From Paragordius varius (taxonomy: Eukaryota > Animalia > Nematomorpha): 64,000 nt of DNA. The stretch is taken from positions 3,658,001 through 3,722,000 of the forward strand of contig OZ176053.1 of assembly GCA_964247055.1 (NCBI GenBank), written 5' to 3'. Each line of letters opens with the position of its first letter. Positions within the stretch are counted from its first letter, which is position 1. This document shows, piece after piece, positions 15,001-27,700 of the stretch. Under the pieces are notes generated by a model. It did no database searches and was not told the DNA's origin. It saw nothing but the letters and a program-made list of their open reading frames with translations. The translations under genes were made by a program, and so were the position numbers.

Positions 15001-18000
15001 GCCGGAGAATTGAATCAGTTTACACAATAAGAATGTCTAGAAAATGCGAAATCAAAATACTCAGCAAAACATTGGAATTTTATTGATTAAAAATGAGTTT
15101 TCGTTAGAGATAATGTTAAAAAAACGATTTGTAAATTATAAAACCATTGTTTGCTGAGTTTTTTGATTCGTCAGATAATATGCAGTTCGCTTGTTATTGT
15201 GATTGTCCGATTTATTTGAGTAAAATGAGATGACTTCTTCAAGCTTTGTCCCATAAAAATCTTGATATGATCCATTCATATAAGATTTGTCTCATTAAGA
15301 CCAGATATGTGTAAATTTGGTTAAAGTATAAACCAAATTCGTTTTTGTATATATCTTAGTCATCCATCTTTAAGTATTTGTTTTTGTATTTCTTTTATTT
15401 ATGGAAAAAAATTGTTTCCATAAATTGTTGATTTATATTTGCTTCTTTAGCTCTGCAAATGAGCTAAGTTACCAATATTAATATTATAGATGTTGAGTAC
15501 GTTTTGCTCTTAGTTATTATATAAATTTTTGCACATTTAAACATTTTGTTATATTGAACCATGCAAAATGTTTAAATATGCGTTAATATGTGGTATTTGT
15601 CTTTTTTTTGTGTGTGTAATTGAATCACACTTGTTACCTTTTGTGGTGTATAACAATAGATTTAGTTTTATTCCATTCCTATGGGAACTAAGGACCATAA
15701 TGGATTGGATGTGGACTGATACAACGTTAACCATGTTTTATTGGATTAAACTTGAGGATATATATGCAAACATATTTGTCCTCAAGTGTTGGCGTCGTTC
15801 AGAAGTGGTATGTTACCCCCATTGCTTTTTTCCATATTTTTGAAACGATTAAAGTTAAGGCAAAATTTTGTGTTTTAAGATTTTTTGCACGCATTTTTTA
15901 ATTTATTTGTGTTGCACGAAATTGTAATATATTTTGAGAAATTTTTTGTTTCTTTATAACGATATATATAATATATATAACATAGGATTATCCAACACCC
16001 CGAGGTGTTAAAAAACCCTCATGTATGAAATACTTATTGGGTGGCTCCCTTTTATTCGTCCTTATAATTATTATTTGGTTTCCACTTGTACTGTTTGCTC
16101 TTACCAATCAAGTTGGATCCAAAAATTTGCCATACGATTGTACCATGCAAATTAGTATTGGGGGATATGTGGTATGATTTTAGCGAAATATAAAAAAACT
16201 TATGAAGAAAACTATATTTTTGATCCTTGATTTTTTCCTATGTAACCTAAGTGATTATGTTTGCGAAATGTATAATTGACTGTGTTAAAAAATTATAAAT
16301 ATCTTATTTCAAGGCCCAAAACGATAGGTTGTACTCCTTCAAAAAATCTGGGTTTAAAAAAGATGTGTTTTCCACTTTTTTTCAATTTTATATGAATTCT
16401 TGATGTATAAGGGAAGTAAGATACTATAATTTTCAAATTTATGTATTTTATGGTTGTAGCCTCTGTTTCGTATGAGCGCACGGAACCAATTTATCAAACC
16501 CTTCACAGAAAATGAATATCGGTTATTAATGGAGAGGAATCTGAAAAATAAGGTATAATCTTGTGATATTTTCTCTTATATATTGGTTTTTTTTTCGAAT
16601 CGTAACTTAAAAAACTTATTTTCCTTTAGGCAGCACAAGTATTCCTAAGCAACTATGAAGTGGGAAATGTGCTGGAAATAAGTCTTTTAAACAATTCAAC
16701 TGATATCTGGACAATAAGCCCTCCAAGTTTAAACACTCTCAAAGAAGTTTTATTAAGCAATAACACTGTCGAAATGCGTATTATGTGGAGTTTTACCCGG
16801 TTTTTCAAATACATTTCTTATATTGTAGCAATATTTTTTATTTCCTCTTAATTATTAATTACATATGTATATTATATAATATAATCATTATTAACCGATA
16901 TTTTTACATTAGTTCTACTTCAAGCAAATTAGTAGAACCTACTGTCTCTGATGAAAACATTGTTAACCTGGAGCCAGGAACGAAATCACGGGCCGAATTT
17001 GCTGAAATGTTAAGAGGCAATTTTTCAAAACCAATGTATGTCACATTTTCATTTATTTATACATAAAATTTTATTTTTCCATATTTTTTGTTAAATTTTT
17101 TGTGATTAATAGTTTAATACCCCGAGCATTTCCTAAATATGTGAGGATACCCGCAAAAGATAAGCCTAGTTATGTTCGACCTTTAGTTCCAAGTAATTAG
17201 TTTTGCCTAAAAAATATCCATTCATTTTTATTTTTAATGTATTTTTGATATACTAAACGAATTTTTTTACAATAAAATAATTTCATATTTTCTTACATAC
17301 CAACATTTTTATAGGAAAAAATATTAGTTTATTTACTATACTTATTTTTTTGATTTTAACAGATGGTGTGATAAGTTTCCGTGACATAACAATTAAATTA
17401 CAACACCAAATATTTGAGGGTACACGAGTGCATTGGTGGGAAGTTAGAGAAATCCCAATGGAAACACCCGGATCTCTCAAATATTACAAGCCTGGTTTCA
17501 TTACTATAATTGGGTTTTCGGATTTGGTGTTTTACGGAGCCTTTTCATTCTTTGCTCAATACGGGTAATTTAATTTTAAAATGCGCCTATTAAATATATA
17601 CAAAAAGCTTCATACCAAACGTATTTTAATTTTTTTAGTTTAACGTCTAATTTAAGATTTTATGGTGTAGTCATTAACTTTTTAATCAAGGTTATATACA
17701 TTTAAAAAATTTTAACTGTTTATTACTTGACATTTATACTATATTAACGGACATTAAATAATTAAATAGTTATTTCATTCAAATAATTTTTTTTCATAAA
17801 ATTTTACAGTATCATTGGTATGTATGTGTCCTTGGTGCTTGTTATTGGTCGCTTTGTGAGATCGTTTGTTAGCGGTTTGGATAGTCGCATTATGTTTGAT
17901 GAATTACCCAACGTTGATCGTGTCCTACAACTATGCCTCGATATCTATCTGGTGAGGGAGAGCGGAGAATTCAAGCTTGAAGAGGAATTATTCGCAAAAC

Positions 18001-18062
18001 TTATTTTCCTTTACCGATCACCCGAAACATTAATTAAATGGACCAAAGAAAAAATTACATAA
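1..18062 (+). CDS. Piezo: Piezo mechanosensitive cation channel, multi-exon, 5' part outside the window
   Basis: More than 35 exons join in frame at GT-AG sites, e.g. 374-530, 775-1884, 2156-2329, 4180-4600, 5360-5563, 8393-8529, 14477-14622 and 17810-18062 (stop). Family motifs: VWAITYHSWLTFV, AIRSGDYYMF, PRPSKTFW, GYPTRILGNFLT, PFLWELR..MDWMWTDT, IMFDELPNVDRVLQLCLDIYLVRE..LEEELFAKLIFLYRSPETLIKWT. Confidence 0.97.
7197..7781 (+). CDS. Piezo: Candidate alternative Piezo exon (cassette, or alternative first exon), 585 nt
   Basis: Stop-free frame 7163-7813 lies inside the intron between EPNEHFQ (ends 7043, phase 1) and AIRSGDYY (starts 8393). An AAG acceptor ends at 7196 and a GTAATT donor starts at 7782; both are phase 1 and the length is 195 codons. 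Confidence 0.6.
14870..15017 (+). CDS. Piezo: Piezo anchor-domain exon, mutually exclusive copy A
   Basis: AAG acceptor, GTTTAC donor, 148 nt, phase 2 to 0. Encodes FTIIPFLWELRALMDWMWTDTCMSLNSWLIMEDIYASIFLLKCGRRIES. Confidence 0.85.
15660..15807 (+). CDS. Piezo: Piezo anchor-domain exon, mutually exclusive copy B
   Basis: TAG acceptor, GTATGT donor, 148 nt, phase 2 to 0. Encodes FSFIPFLWELRTIMDWMWTDTTLTMFYWIKLEDIYANIFVLKCWRRSEV. Confidence 0.88.
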
Positions 18063-18666
18063 TTTACTTTATATATTATGTTAGACAACAATGCCGAAAA
18101 ATATTATTATTATTGCACTACATATATTTGTAATCGATAAATGAAGAATGGATGTAGAAACAACAAGTGTTTTATAGATTAAATAACCTTAATGCGTACA
18201 AAAATTATATAGATTTATTTAGAGACATAAAGTGCATTTTTGAATATTATAAATTTAATATATTACCACACACCTTTCCTTCAATTTTATTATCAATGTA
18301 ATTATCCAACAACTAATCTATTCTAACTGATTACTTAATAAACTTAAATTATTTAAAGTGGAATATTGATTTATTTATATTGAATAATAAAAATTTCAAA
18401 TACGCAATTTATATATAGTTTGTCAATAATAAATTTTTAAATTGCATCGTATGTTGTGTTATGTATGGATTTGTAGAAAATTTGCGTTGCGAGTATCAAA
18501 CAATATTGCATATGTTAAAAATGTTAATTGATATTAATATAAATTTGTTAAATAAAATTTTCTTAGGATGACTAGGATTTAATGCAAACATTTAGAATTA
18601 TTATTAGAATATAATTCAATCATAATAATGTCTCGAACAAAAAGCAATTTCAACTCTATATATAAA

Positions 18667-19986
18667 TTAAAGTTTAAATTTTTCTTGTGCCTTGTCAACA
18701 ACGACCTTGGATATGGCGAGTGAGGATGTGGCCGCCGGTGAAGGGGCATTACGGACATGAAGTGTCCGTTCACCCAATTTCCCTTTTCCGCTATCAAAGA
18801 CGAAATCGTCGACTAAATCACCTTTTTCATCTAAAGCTTGCGCTCTAACCCCAGAAGGACCTGGACTTACATCAGCCACCGAAATTTCCGGTATATAACG
18901 TTGCAAAGCCTTAAGTTTTGCCCTAACAAAAAATGATTCATACATTTCACGCATTCCAGGTGCCATATATTTGAAAGAAAGTTTACGGAACCCGGAAAAC
19001 GTCATGTAATCCCAAATATCTTTGATATTCATGTCGGAGAAGGAATAACCTTCACGGCTAAAAGCTAGCACGGCATTTGGACCAAGCCAGACACTCCCAT
19101 CCATACGAGGTGTAAAATGCACTCCAAGGAAAGGAAACCGCGGATCAGGCACTGGATATATATTACCTTTAACTAAGTGTCGTTTTTCGGGCGATAAAAG
19201 CATGTATTCTCCCCTGAAAGGGACTATTTTGGGAACATTAGAACAACCGGATAATTTTGCGATTTGATCGGAATACAAACCGGCGCAAGTAATAACAAAT
19301 TTTGATTTAAAATGGTTGTTTGCCTGTTGGTTTGCATCATGAGTTATTATCTCAAGAGGGTGAGAATCATTATCGTTATAGGCAAATGATGTTACCTTAT
19401 TGTTCAAAAATATTTTTCCACCAGCTTTTTCAAAATTTTCCCCGTATTTCAAACTAACTCTCCGCCAATCTACTATACCAGTATTTGGTGAATGTAATGC
19501 ACGAAGACCTTTGCAGTAAGGTTCAATTTTGTGAATATCTTTTCCTTCTATAATCGCTAAATCTTTAACATTATTTTTGGTTCCGCGCTCATAAAGATCA
19601 TCCAATAATTTCAATTCTTTTTCAGTTACCGCAACAATTAATTTACCACATTTGTTGTAAGGAATACCATTTTTATCACAAAAATCATAAGCCATGTTCA
19701 TACCTTGAACGCATAACTTTGCCTTTAAAGATCCGGGTTTATAATATACACCAGCATGAATAACACCACTATTGTGCCCGCTTTGATGGGAGGCCAATTC
19801 CTTCTCCTTTTCTACAACTGCAATTTTAAGCGAGGGAAATCTCGTTATCATTTCTTGTGCGGTTGCTAAACCCACAATCCCACCACCAACTATTGTTAAA
19901 TCATAATGATCGTTATTAGTCGCAAACATTCGCAAAGAGAAATGCAAAGCCCCTTTAAGGGGAAAAAATTTGGATACCAACTTCAT
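18667..19986 (-). CDS. L2HGDH: L-2-hydroxyglutarate dehydrogenase, mitochondrial, single exon
   Basis: 439-aa ORF with a presequence-like N-terminus, FAD motif VGGGIVG, HQSGHNSGVIHAGVYYKPGSLKAKLC, PDPRFPFLGVHFTPRMDG and C-terminal HVRNAPSPAATSSLAI. Confidence 0.96.
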   Translation of the reverse strand: MKLVSKFFPLKGALHFSLRMFATNNDHYDLTIVGGGIVGLATAQEMITRFPSLKIAVVEKEKELASHQSGHNSGVIHAGVYYKPGSLKAKLCVQGMNMAYDFCDKNGIPYNKCGKLIVAVTEKELKLLDDLYERGTKNNVKDLAIIEGKDIHKIEPYCKGLRALHSPNTGIVDWRRVSLKYGENFEKAGGKIFLNNKVTSFAYNDNDSHPLEIITHDANQQANNHFKSKFVITCAGLYSDQIAKLSGCSNVPKIVPFRGEYMLLSPEKRHLVKGNIYPVPDPRFPFLGVHFTPRMDGSVWLGPNAVLAFSREGYSFSDMNIKDIWDYMTFSGFRKLSFKYMAPGMREMYESFFVRAKLKALQRYIPEISVADVSPGPSGVRAQALDEKGDLVDDFVFDSGKGKLGERTLHVRNAPSPAATSSLAISKVVVDKAQEKFKL

Positions 19987-20850
19987 GTCATCTTAAATAG
20001 CACCACGTAACTAAGCCATATGTATAAAATATATTTTCCTTATCTGTTATATGGTTTTTTATAGTATCGATTTAAAGTATAAAAATTAATATAAGGAAGT
20101 ACGTCTAATTGATAAGTAAATTAAAAAATAACAGTACATTATCTTTGATTTTTATGAGAATGCGATATCGGGTATTTTATATCGCAAGGGTTTAAAAATA
20201 TGATAAATACTTTGCTCAAAGATATTACTAATCCAATAATTTTTTGTAGAAAAGTCTCCCTTCTATGCTCTTTTAAATCCTATTATATAATCAAAATGAT
20301 GCTGCCATATTTCATGCATTTTTAGATGTTGCTGTATTTATGCCGTTAAGATTTTAATTGCTTATATTCTTCAGTAAGATGTGGTCGAATTTTCAAAGTT
20401 ATTTGATCTAACATATAATATAGGATGAATTTAATGCAAACAATTAAATAAAAATTAGCTTAAACTCATGTCGACCGTAACCAGCATGCTTTAACATATT
20501 TTCTTAGGGTTCAAATAAATGGCGAAATCAGGATTTGCATTTTTCGATGACACATAATCATGAAAAAATAAAAAATTTATTAAGTATTGCAATATTTGTG
20601 ATTATTTTAAGACAACTATCCCTTTTAGACTGTGAAAGACTCGGTCTTTATATTTTACTAATATTTCACAAATATTTTAGAATATATTATATGTATGAAT
20701 TTTCGAACGGTGCAATAACGACATAGTTTTTCACTGAAGATAACGATTTATACTAGGGTCTTGTTTTGTACCACAATTATATTTAAGTTATTAAATTAGG
20801 ATTAACATACATTATCATATATTTTGATAAAAGGGTTATATGTTTTAGAG

Positions 20851-21148
20851 CAGGGTTGAATGCCCCTCGGGACCCGCATGTTGGCCATCCAAAAAAACTT
20901 CTCCAGCCCGCGAGAAATTTGAATACCAAATAAAAAAAATTTAACAGATTTTCTTTTCATTAAACTAACAAAATAGATTTTCTAAATGATTCCGTATTTA
21001 AGCAATGAGTTAGCAGAAAGTGTTAAAATAAATAGCAGTTATATTGTGTTCGTAATTTTCATATAGTCTACGTTTGAAACCTAATAAAATATTTGTTGAT
21101 CCCAATATATTTTGCGAATGCGGCCCACGATGTGCAGGACACCCCTAG
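20851..21148. mobile_element. Degenerate hAT-type MITE
   Basis: CAGGGTTG at the left end; GCGGCCCAC...GGACACCCCTAG at the right end. Same end motifs as the elements at 22582 and 42394. Confidence 0.45.
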
Positions 21149-22581
21149 AGTATGGTGACTTCAGTCTAAAATTTGGAGCATTCAAAGTAAGTTGAAAGGA
21201 AAAGCTGAAAAATTAAAAATTGACATTTGATATTTTATTGAAATCGAAAGTATTTTATTTAATTTCTTTTTAAATAAAATTTTTTTTCCAATTTTTACCA
21301 TTTAACACTTTATTACCTTTTCGGATAGTTTTATACCTTGGCCCTATTTTTAATTCGATTCTCTAAAAATATTTTTAAGATATTGAGCCAAATTGAAATA
21401 CATACTACCTTTTGCCTTTTAGACGCATAAATCAAAATATATGTTATCGTAAAAAAATCCTATGTGAAATTTTTCGTCGCCATTTCTTTAGATTTTAATC
21501 GCTAAAATAAGCGATTGTATATTATATTATAAATCTAAATTTGAAAGTCTTTTACATTTTATCATCAAATTTAGGAAATATATAAATTTTAGTATCAGGT
21601 GTTGTTACAATTAGATTTTAAATCTACCTCTAGGACTCTTGAAATTAAAGAGCTGTAAAAAATAGCCTTTTTATAATACATAGGAAAATGCTTATTAATT
21701 AAATTTTAAATAAATAGCTTTCATATTGTAGCATATTTTCAATCTGTGGTGCAAAACTGATTAAAAATTTAATTGTCTACACAAAATTTACATTAAGTGT
21801 TAAATGGTTAATAGTTTTAGATGATAATTTTTAAACAATAAAACATTTTTTATAATATTTTTATATAATGCGCTTAATATACAAGGATTTTAGAGTATAG
21901 CCTAATAAGTTTTCAAGAAATTTTTTCCTGCAACCGGTCGAGGTAAAATAATTCAAAGGTAAAGAAAAAGTGGAAATATTTTTTTTTAATTACTTTTAAA
22001 ACCAAAAGTACCATGAAAATACATTTATCTATCAGAATAATATATTTTATTAGGATTAATATTACAGGGTAATATCAATTTATTACAGATTACCTAATAA
22101 GGTTTTAATACAAAATATGTTTGCGCCTTAAGAATATTTAAAATATTTAAAATTGGTTAGAATATAATATCATAATGGAAAAATTGCACCGAGAACATTG
22201 TAATATTCAGTTCACAATTTGTGAATTAGTCTATTAATACCACAACAAATCTATCTTAAATGGCTATATTTTAGCTTTCTGGTTAATTATGTATAATAAA
22301 TTTTCATAAAATTCGTATTTGTTAAATCACACAATATATCTAACAATATTTACCTGATATAAAGTTTAGGCTATTTACTGAATTTCAATTCAATTTTGAC
22401 TAATTTTAAAAATATCAGTTTTTGGTGCCACTAAATAACACACCGTTTTAATCTTAATATATGCTTGAAATTAAATTTGTATAACATATCAAATACATTA
22501 TATTAATCAAGTTACCCTAAACGAAAGTAATAGTGCGTTTGTCGAATTCAAAATAAGGTATAATATAAATATATGATAAAG

Positions 22582-23017
22582 CAGGGGTGTTCAACACAAA
22601 TAAGTTTCGCAAGCCGCATATTCGACTCAAAAATTGGCTGGGCCGCAAAAAAAAGGGGTATTCATAAATATTTTATTAGATTTCAAGACTGTAAAATGGA
22701 ATCACATTATAACATTTTTATATACTTATCCAATTGGATAGACTTGTTAAAAATTTGTTTTAAAATATAAATTTTATTAAGATTTGAGATTATAAGTAAG
22801 AAAATTTTGGATTTTTAATTTTTTTACGGGTTACACAATTTCTTGATGGACCGCATGGGGACTTTATTTGGAAAACAAAGAGGATACATTCAGTTCTGAA
22901 CAATGCTAGAAAATGTTTTGTAGGAGCGCGTTTTCGGGTATTTGTATCATACTATTAAACCCGACTAAAAACAATATATATACATGAGTCAATACCGCTA
23001 AATATGTACAACCCTTG
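22582..23017. mobile_element. Degenerate hAT-type MITE
   Basis: Left end CAGGGGTGTTCAAC followed by GCCGCA/GGGCCGCA subterminal motifs. The right end (TGTACAACCCTTG) is uncertain. Confidence 0.4.
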
Positions 23018-24758
23018 GCCATAAAGTCTCTTTGCTTATTTTAAAACCAGGTTTTATTGACTTAAATGGTTCTTCTACTGTGTGCAAATAAAATTTTGAT
23101 ATGGTGAGAGTTTCAAATGTTTTATTGCGAAATACCCCAATTATATCCATGCAATTAAGGTGAATTCGTTTAAATAGGAAGCCTTTTTTATAAATTTATC
23201 TTGTATAAAAGCAAATCATTATAGAACATTTTATTTTTACAAGATCTTACCAAAAAACTTTTAATCCATATCGAATATATGCCAGTTTTTATAAATATTA
23301 AAAAACTGATTCATATATATAATTTTTATAATTATAAATTGATTGACAAAAGAGTAGCATGGGTGGAGTACACTTGCACTTTAATTTATCATTTTTATTT
23401 AACATTTATTTAGGCCATGCTATTACATTGACCTATATAAAAATAGATTAAATATTTGTCATTTAGAGTACACAATGAGAAAAACCAGGCCAAGCATTTA
23501 GATAGAGTAAAATAGGCATAAGCAGAACTTTAAATTTTCAAAATATAGAAGGCTAACAATTATGTGCTTCAATCATTTATTTAACGAATAATATTAATTT
23601 GTGGGTCCGTCAAAATTTAAAAAATTTAATTTTTTTGATATGATGACTGGTAACTTGTTAGGACAAAAAACTATTTAGTGCTCCTGTCTATATTGAGAAG
23701 CTGTGCGCAATAAGTTTTGCATGCCTCTCCGGCCATATTTATTATAATGATCATTTAACTTAATAATGACTTATGTAGCACTTATTATAATTATAAATGT
23801 ATCGTAATTTTAAAATTTTGCAAAACTAGGGTTGTCAGTTCCAAACCTGGCTGATGGAGTCCGTCAGCTCTCCACGGTGTGTTCGATGCGTTTGGGCCTT
23901 TGGCGGATTGATGTAACTCTTGAAAGCGCTCATTTCTTGTGAATGATCAAATATATCTAACAATTTTGTGTTAAGAAAGGTACTTTAATAAAATTATATG
24001 TATTAAATTTACCATTAAATTAAAAAATAAAATTTTAGTGGGTGGAAATCTAAAATAATTAATCATGATGGAAAATGCATTGAAATAGCCAATTATATAA
24101 TCAATTTTAAAAGTAGTTACCAACCGTCTATACATATACCCATATATTGCAATGGAAAAATAAATTATATTTTTTACCACCCTAATATAGAGAAAATTAA
24201 AAGTATGGTTGCTATTTTAAAATTAAATATTAAAATGCAAGATTATATAAATTCTTATCGTTTTCATAATAAGATTTGACACACTTTCATATTTTTTCTG
24301 TATTTTTGCAACATAAGAGAAAATTAATATTGTGCACTACTAGTAAAAATTTTAATAATTATAAAAATATTATTTAATTGCTCTAATTCATAAAGTAAAA
24401 ACTTTGTGTTTTACATTGTCTTCCCTACATATGCTACATTAATCCCATAATCTAAGGCGTAAAATTATATTTTAATGCAGGCAGGCATAAATTATAGTTG
24501 GAATTATAATAAAAGTGAAATGTAGAAAATATAATAATATAAGGCGGAAATGGGAGGATGGATACTTTTCAAATGCTGCTAAATTACCTTGCCAACGATT
24601 CATTTATATATGCATAAAAAAATATTTAAAGCTCATAAAATTATTTTTTTTTGGTTTAACAAAATATTTTTAAATAATAGTTTGTTATATAAAGCAATTG
24701 ATTACATCGCGACATAAAAATTTATTTGTTATAGTTAAACATACATTTTGGTAACTAA

Positions 24759-27700
24759 ATGGGAGATACGGAAAAAATTACCGATGAATATGGAGTCGGA
24801 TATGATAATTGTTCACTCGATAGCTATGAGGGAAATGGCTCACCCAATAGAGCCCGTTCAGACTTCAAATCGTTCTGCAAATCTATGCTTATGGGCATAG
24901 TAATGTCGGCATGTTTAGGGTTTTGTTTAATCTTACCCATTTTTTACCTGAGACTCGATCAACTTGAAGCCACACACGACTTCAAAGTCGACAAATTGGT
25001 GGATGAAATACGTAACAAGAAAGACGAAATGTACTATATTAATTCGGGATTGCTTCAATTAAAGGTAACGCCATATTTGTTGTACTAATTATTTTGGTAT
25101 TACTCTTACCTAATTAAATATTTGTTCAACTGATATAATACGATGATTTGGTAAATTCCTTTAGAATGATCTCGATACCATGGCTACCAACAAAGATAAA
25201 CAGGACGAAATCGAAAAAAAGTATATGGATCAAACTTATGTGGAATCCTTGACACGAAAAATCAATAAAGAACATGAAAGAATTATGCAGAGGTCCAAAA
25301 GATCATATCCTGGTGTCTATAGTACGGAAGCCCCATCCGCTCAACAAGGTATTATTACTTTTCATATTTACATCTAGAGTACTATTAACTTTTTGATTTA
25401 CACTAATATGCTATACCCTACTATTGTAATATTTGGTCAAAAAAATAAATATTTTCTGTGCCTAGATTGCTGTATTCAAGGCAGTCCTGGACCAAAAGGT
25501 CCCAAAGGTCGAGACGGACATCCCGGTCCTCCGGGAAGAATCGGTCCACCAGGGAGAGATGGAGACCCTGGAGATCCAGGAAACGATGGGGAAAACGGAC
25601 AAAACGGAGAACCGGTAGAATATTTGTAAATAAACTGAGGAAGGGTTTAGTGAATTTTAAGTTTTATGTAGTAGTATGAAAGAGCTCTTTTTATTGTATC
25701 CAACAATGAAATACAAAATTCAGTTATCAATTCATTTTAATATATGTTACGAAACACCCTTTTCCTTATTTAAATAGAATGGCCAAACATTTATTTAATT
25801 TTTTGGATAGGGTGACCCTGGAAACCCTGGTCCTAATGGACAACCAGGTCGCCCAGGCAGGGATGGACAGCCTGGATTTCCTGGCAGAGATGGCTCTCCA
25901 GGCCCGGACGGAAAACCCGGTCTTGATGGAGATGATGTAATTTGTGTTTTCATCCGCACGTTTTCTTAAAATTGGATGACAAATATTCAATATGATACTG
26001 TTTTTAAATTAAAAAGTTCTATAAAAAAATAATTTTCTTTAACTAATTATTTTCGCGTCATTTTAAGGCAAATGCAATTTCATTATAAATTTATTATAAA
26101 TAGGGACCACCAGGTATAGATGGTGCCCCCGGGAAGGATGGTGAAAAGGGTGAGCCTGGAACCCCGGGCCGTGATGGCAATGACGGTTTACCTGGCATTG
26201 ATGGAAGACCTGGAAGTCCTGGATTGCCAGTAATCTTGAAAAAAATATATTTAAAATTCAATTAAAACACTGAGCGGTATGCGGTATTACAGCATTGCGT
26301 TTTATAAATTAATATTCTAAGGATTTTTCATTTAATCTAAAAGTTTCTTTAAATTTAAGGGTGATCCCGGAGAAGCTGGAAGAGATGGCGTTCCTGGTCC
26401 CCCAGGAGATGATGGCTCCCCAGGTGTCGATGGGGCTCCTGGGAGCCCTGGTCCCGATGGAAAACCTGGTCAGGATGCAACTTCCCCGGTAATATTTTTA
26501 AATTGATTTGTCAGCTGAGAAATATTGATACTATTAGGCAAACATTTTAGCCATAGCGAAGCTATTTATAATTTAAACTTGATTCCACTTATGCTCTATA
26601 TGCATACTATTGATATGAAATTGCATATTGTATATTGTGCTAAAGGGACCGCCAGGAGATCCTGGATTCGCTGGAAAAGATGGAAGACCAGGATCCCCCG
26701 GAGCAGATGGTCGACCTGGACCAGATGGTTTGCCGGGATCTGACGGATTGCCAGGAGAACCAGGGGACGCGGTAAATTTGGATATACCTATTTTTTTTAA
26801 AAAAATATTAGCAAAATTATATTTGATATATTTACAGTTACAGAAAAAGTTCATAACTAAATGGCAAATATATTCTTAAAAATAATAGGGGAAAATATAT
26901 TTAATACATATATAATTATGTTTGAAATTATACCGAGAAGAAAGGTAAAAGATATATATTTTCTTAAAAAAGACAACAAAAATATTTAACCTTGATTTTT
27001 TCAAAAACTCATCCTTTTGTATATCAAACTCAATATATTTAAAAATTGTAAGTATACAGCTGGACTAATAAACATTAAGGTTTGTTATCTTTTAAAAAAT
27101 ATTTGTCGTTTAGTTTTATCGTTTTACTATATTTCAATTTTTACTGTAAATATGAATGTTTTATTTTAGGGAGATCCAGGAGAACCAGGGGAAGATGCTG
27201 ATCATGGCAGACTTGGAGTTCATGGAGAAAAGGGTAAAGATGGACGACCCGGGAACCCTGGGCAAGATGGTAACCCTGGAAGAGATGGAATACCGGTAAG
27301 TCAGTAAACGTATACTAATAATTATTGTCAAAGCTTTTCTCCTTTCGCAGATGCTCTATTGATTAGGCTAATTAAATATTTCCTTTCAAGTTGGTAATGC
27401 TACTTATGCATTCTAGTATATGTTGTTTTGGTCAATGTTTTATTATATGCCTAAATTTACATGTTTTATTAAATTCAAAAAAAAATTAGTAATAGGTAGG
27501 CAATCAGACACCCTATTGTTTAATCTTATAAAACTACGAATATTGTGTTGACAAATATTGAATAATAAAATAAAAACTTATCTTCTCACACTATATTATT
27601 ATGTTTTATCAGGGAAGACCCGGAGAACCTGGTAGAGATGGTAAAGACGGATCTCCCGGAGATCCAGGACGTGATGGATTTGATGGTTTACCCGGACGCC

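Noticed and set aside
18667-19986. Bacterial horizontal transfer of lhgO
   Set aside because: Mitochondrial-type leader, animal-type C-terminus and host-like base composition.
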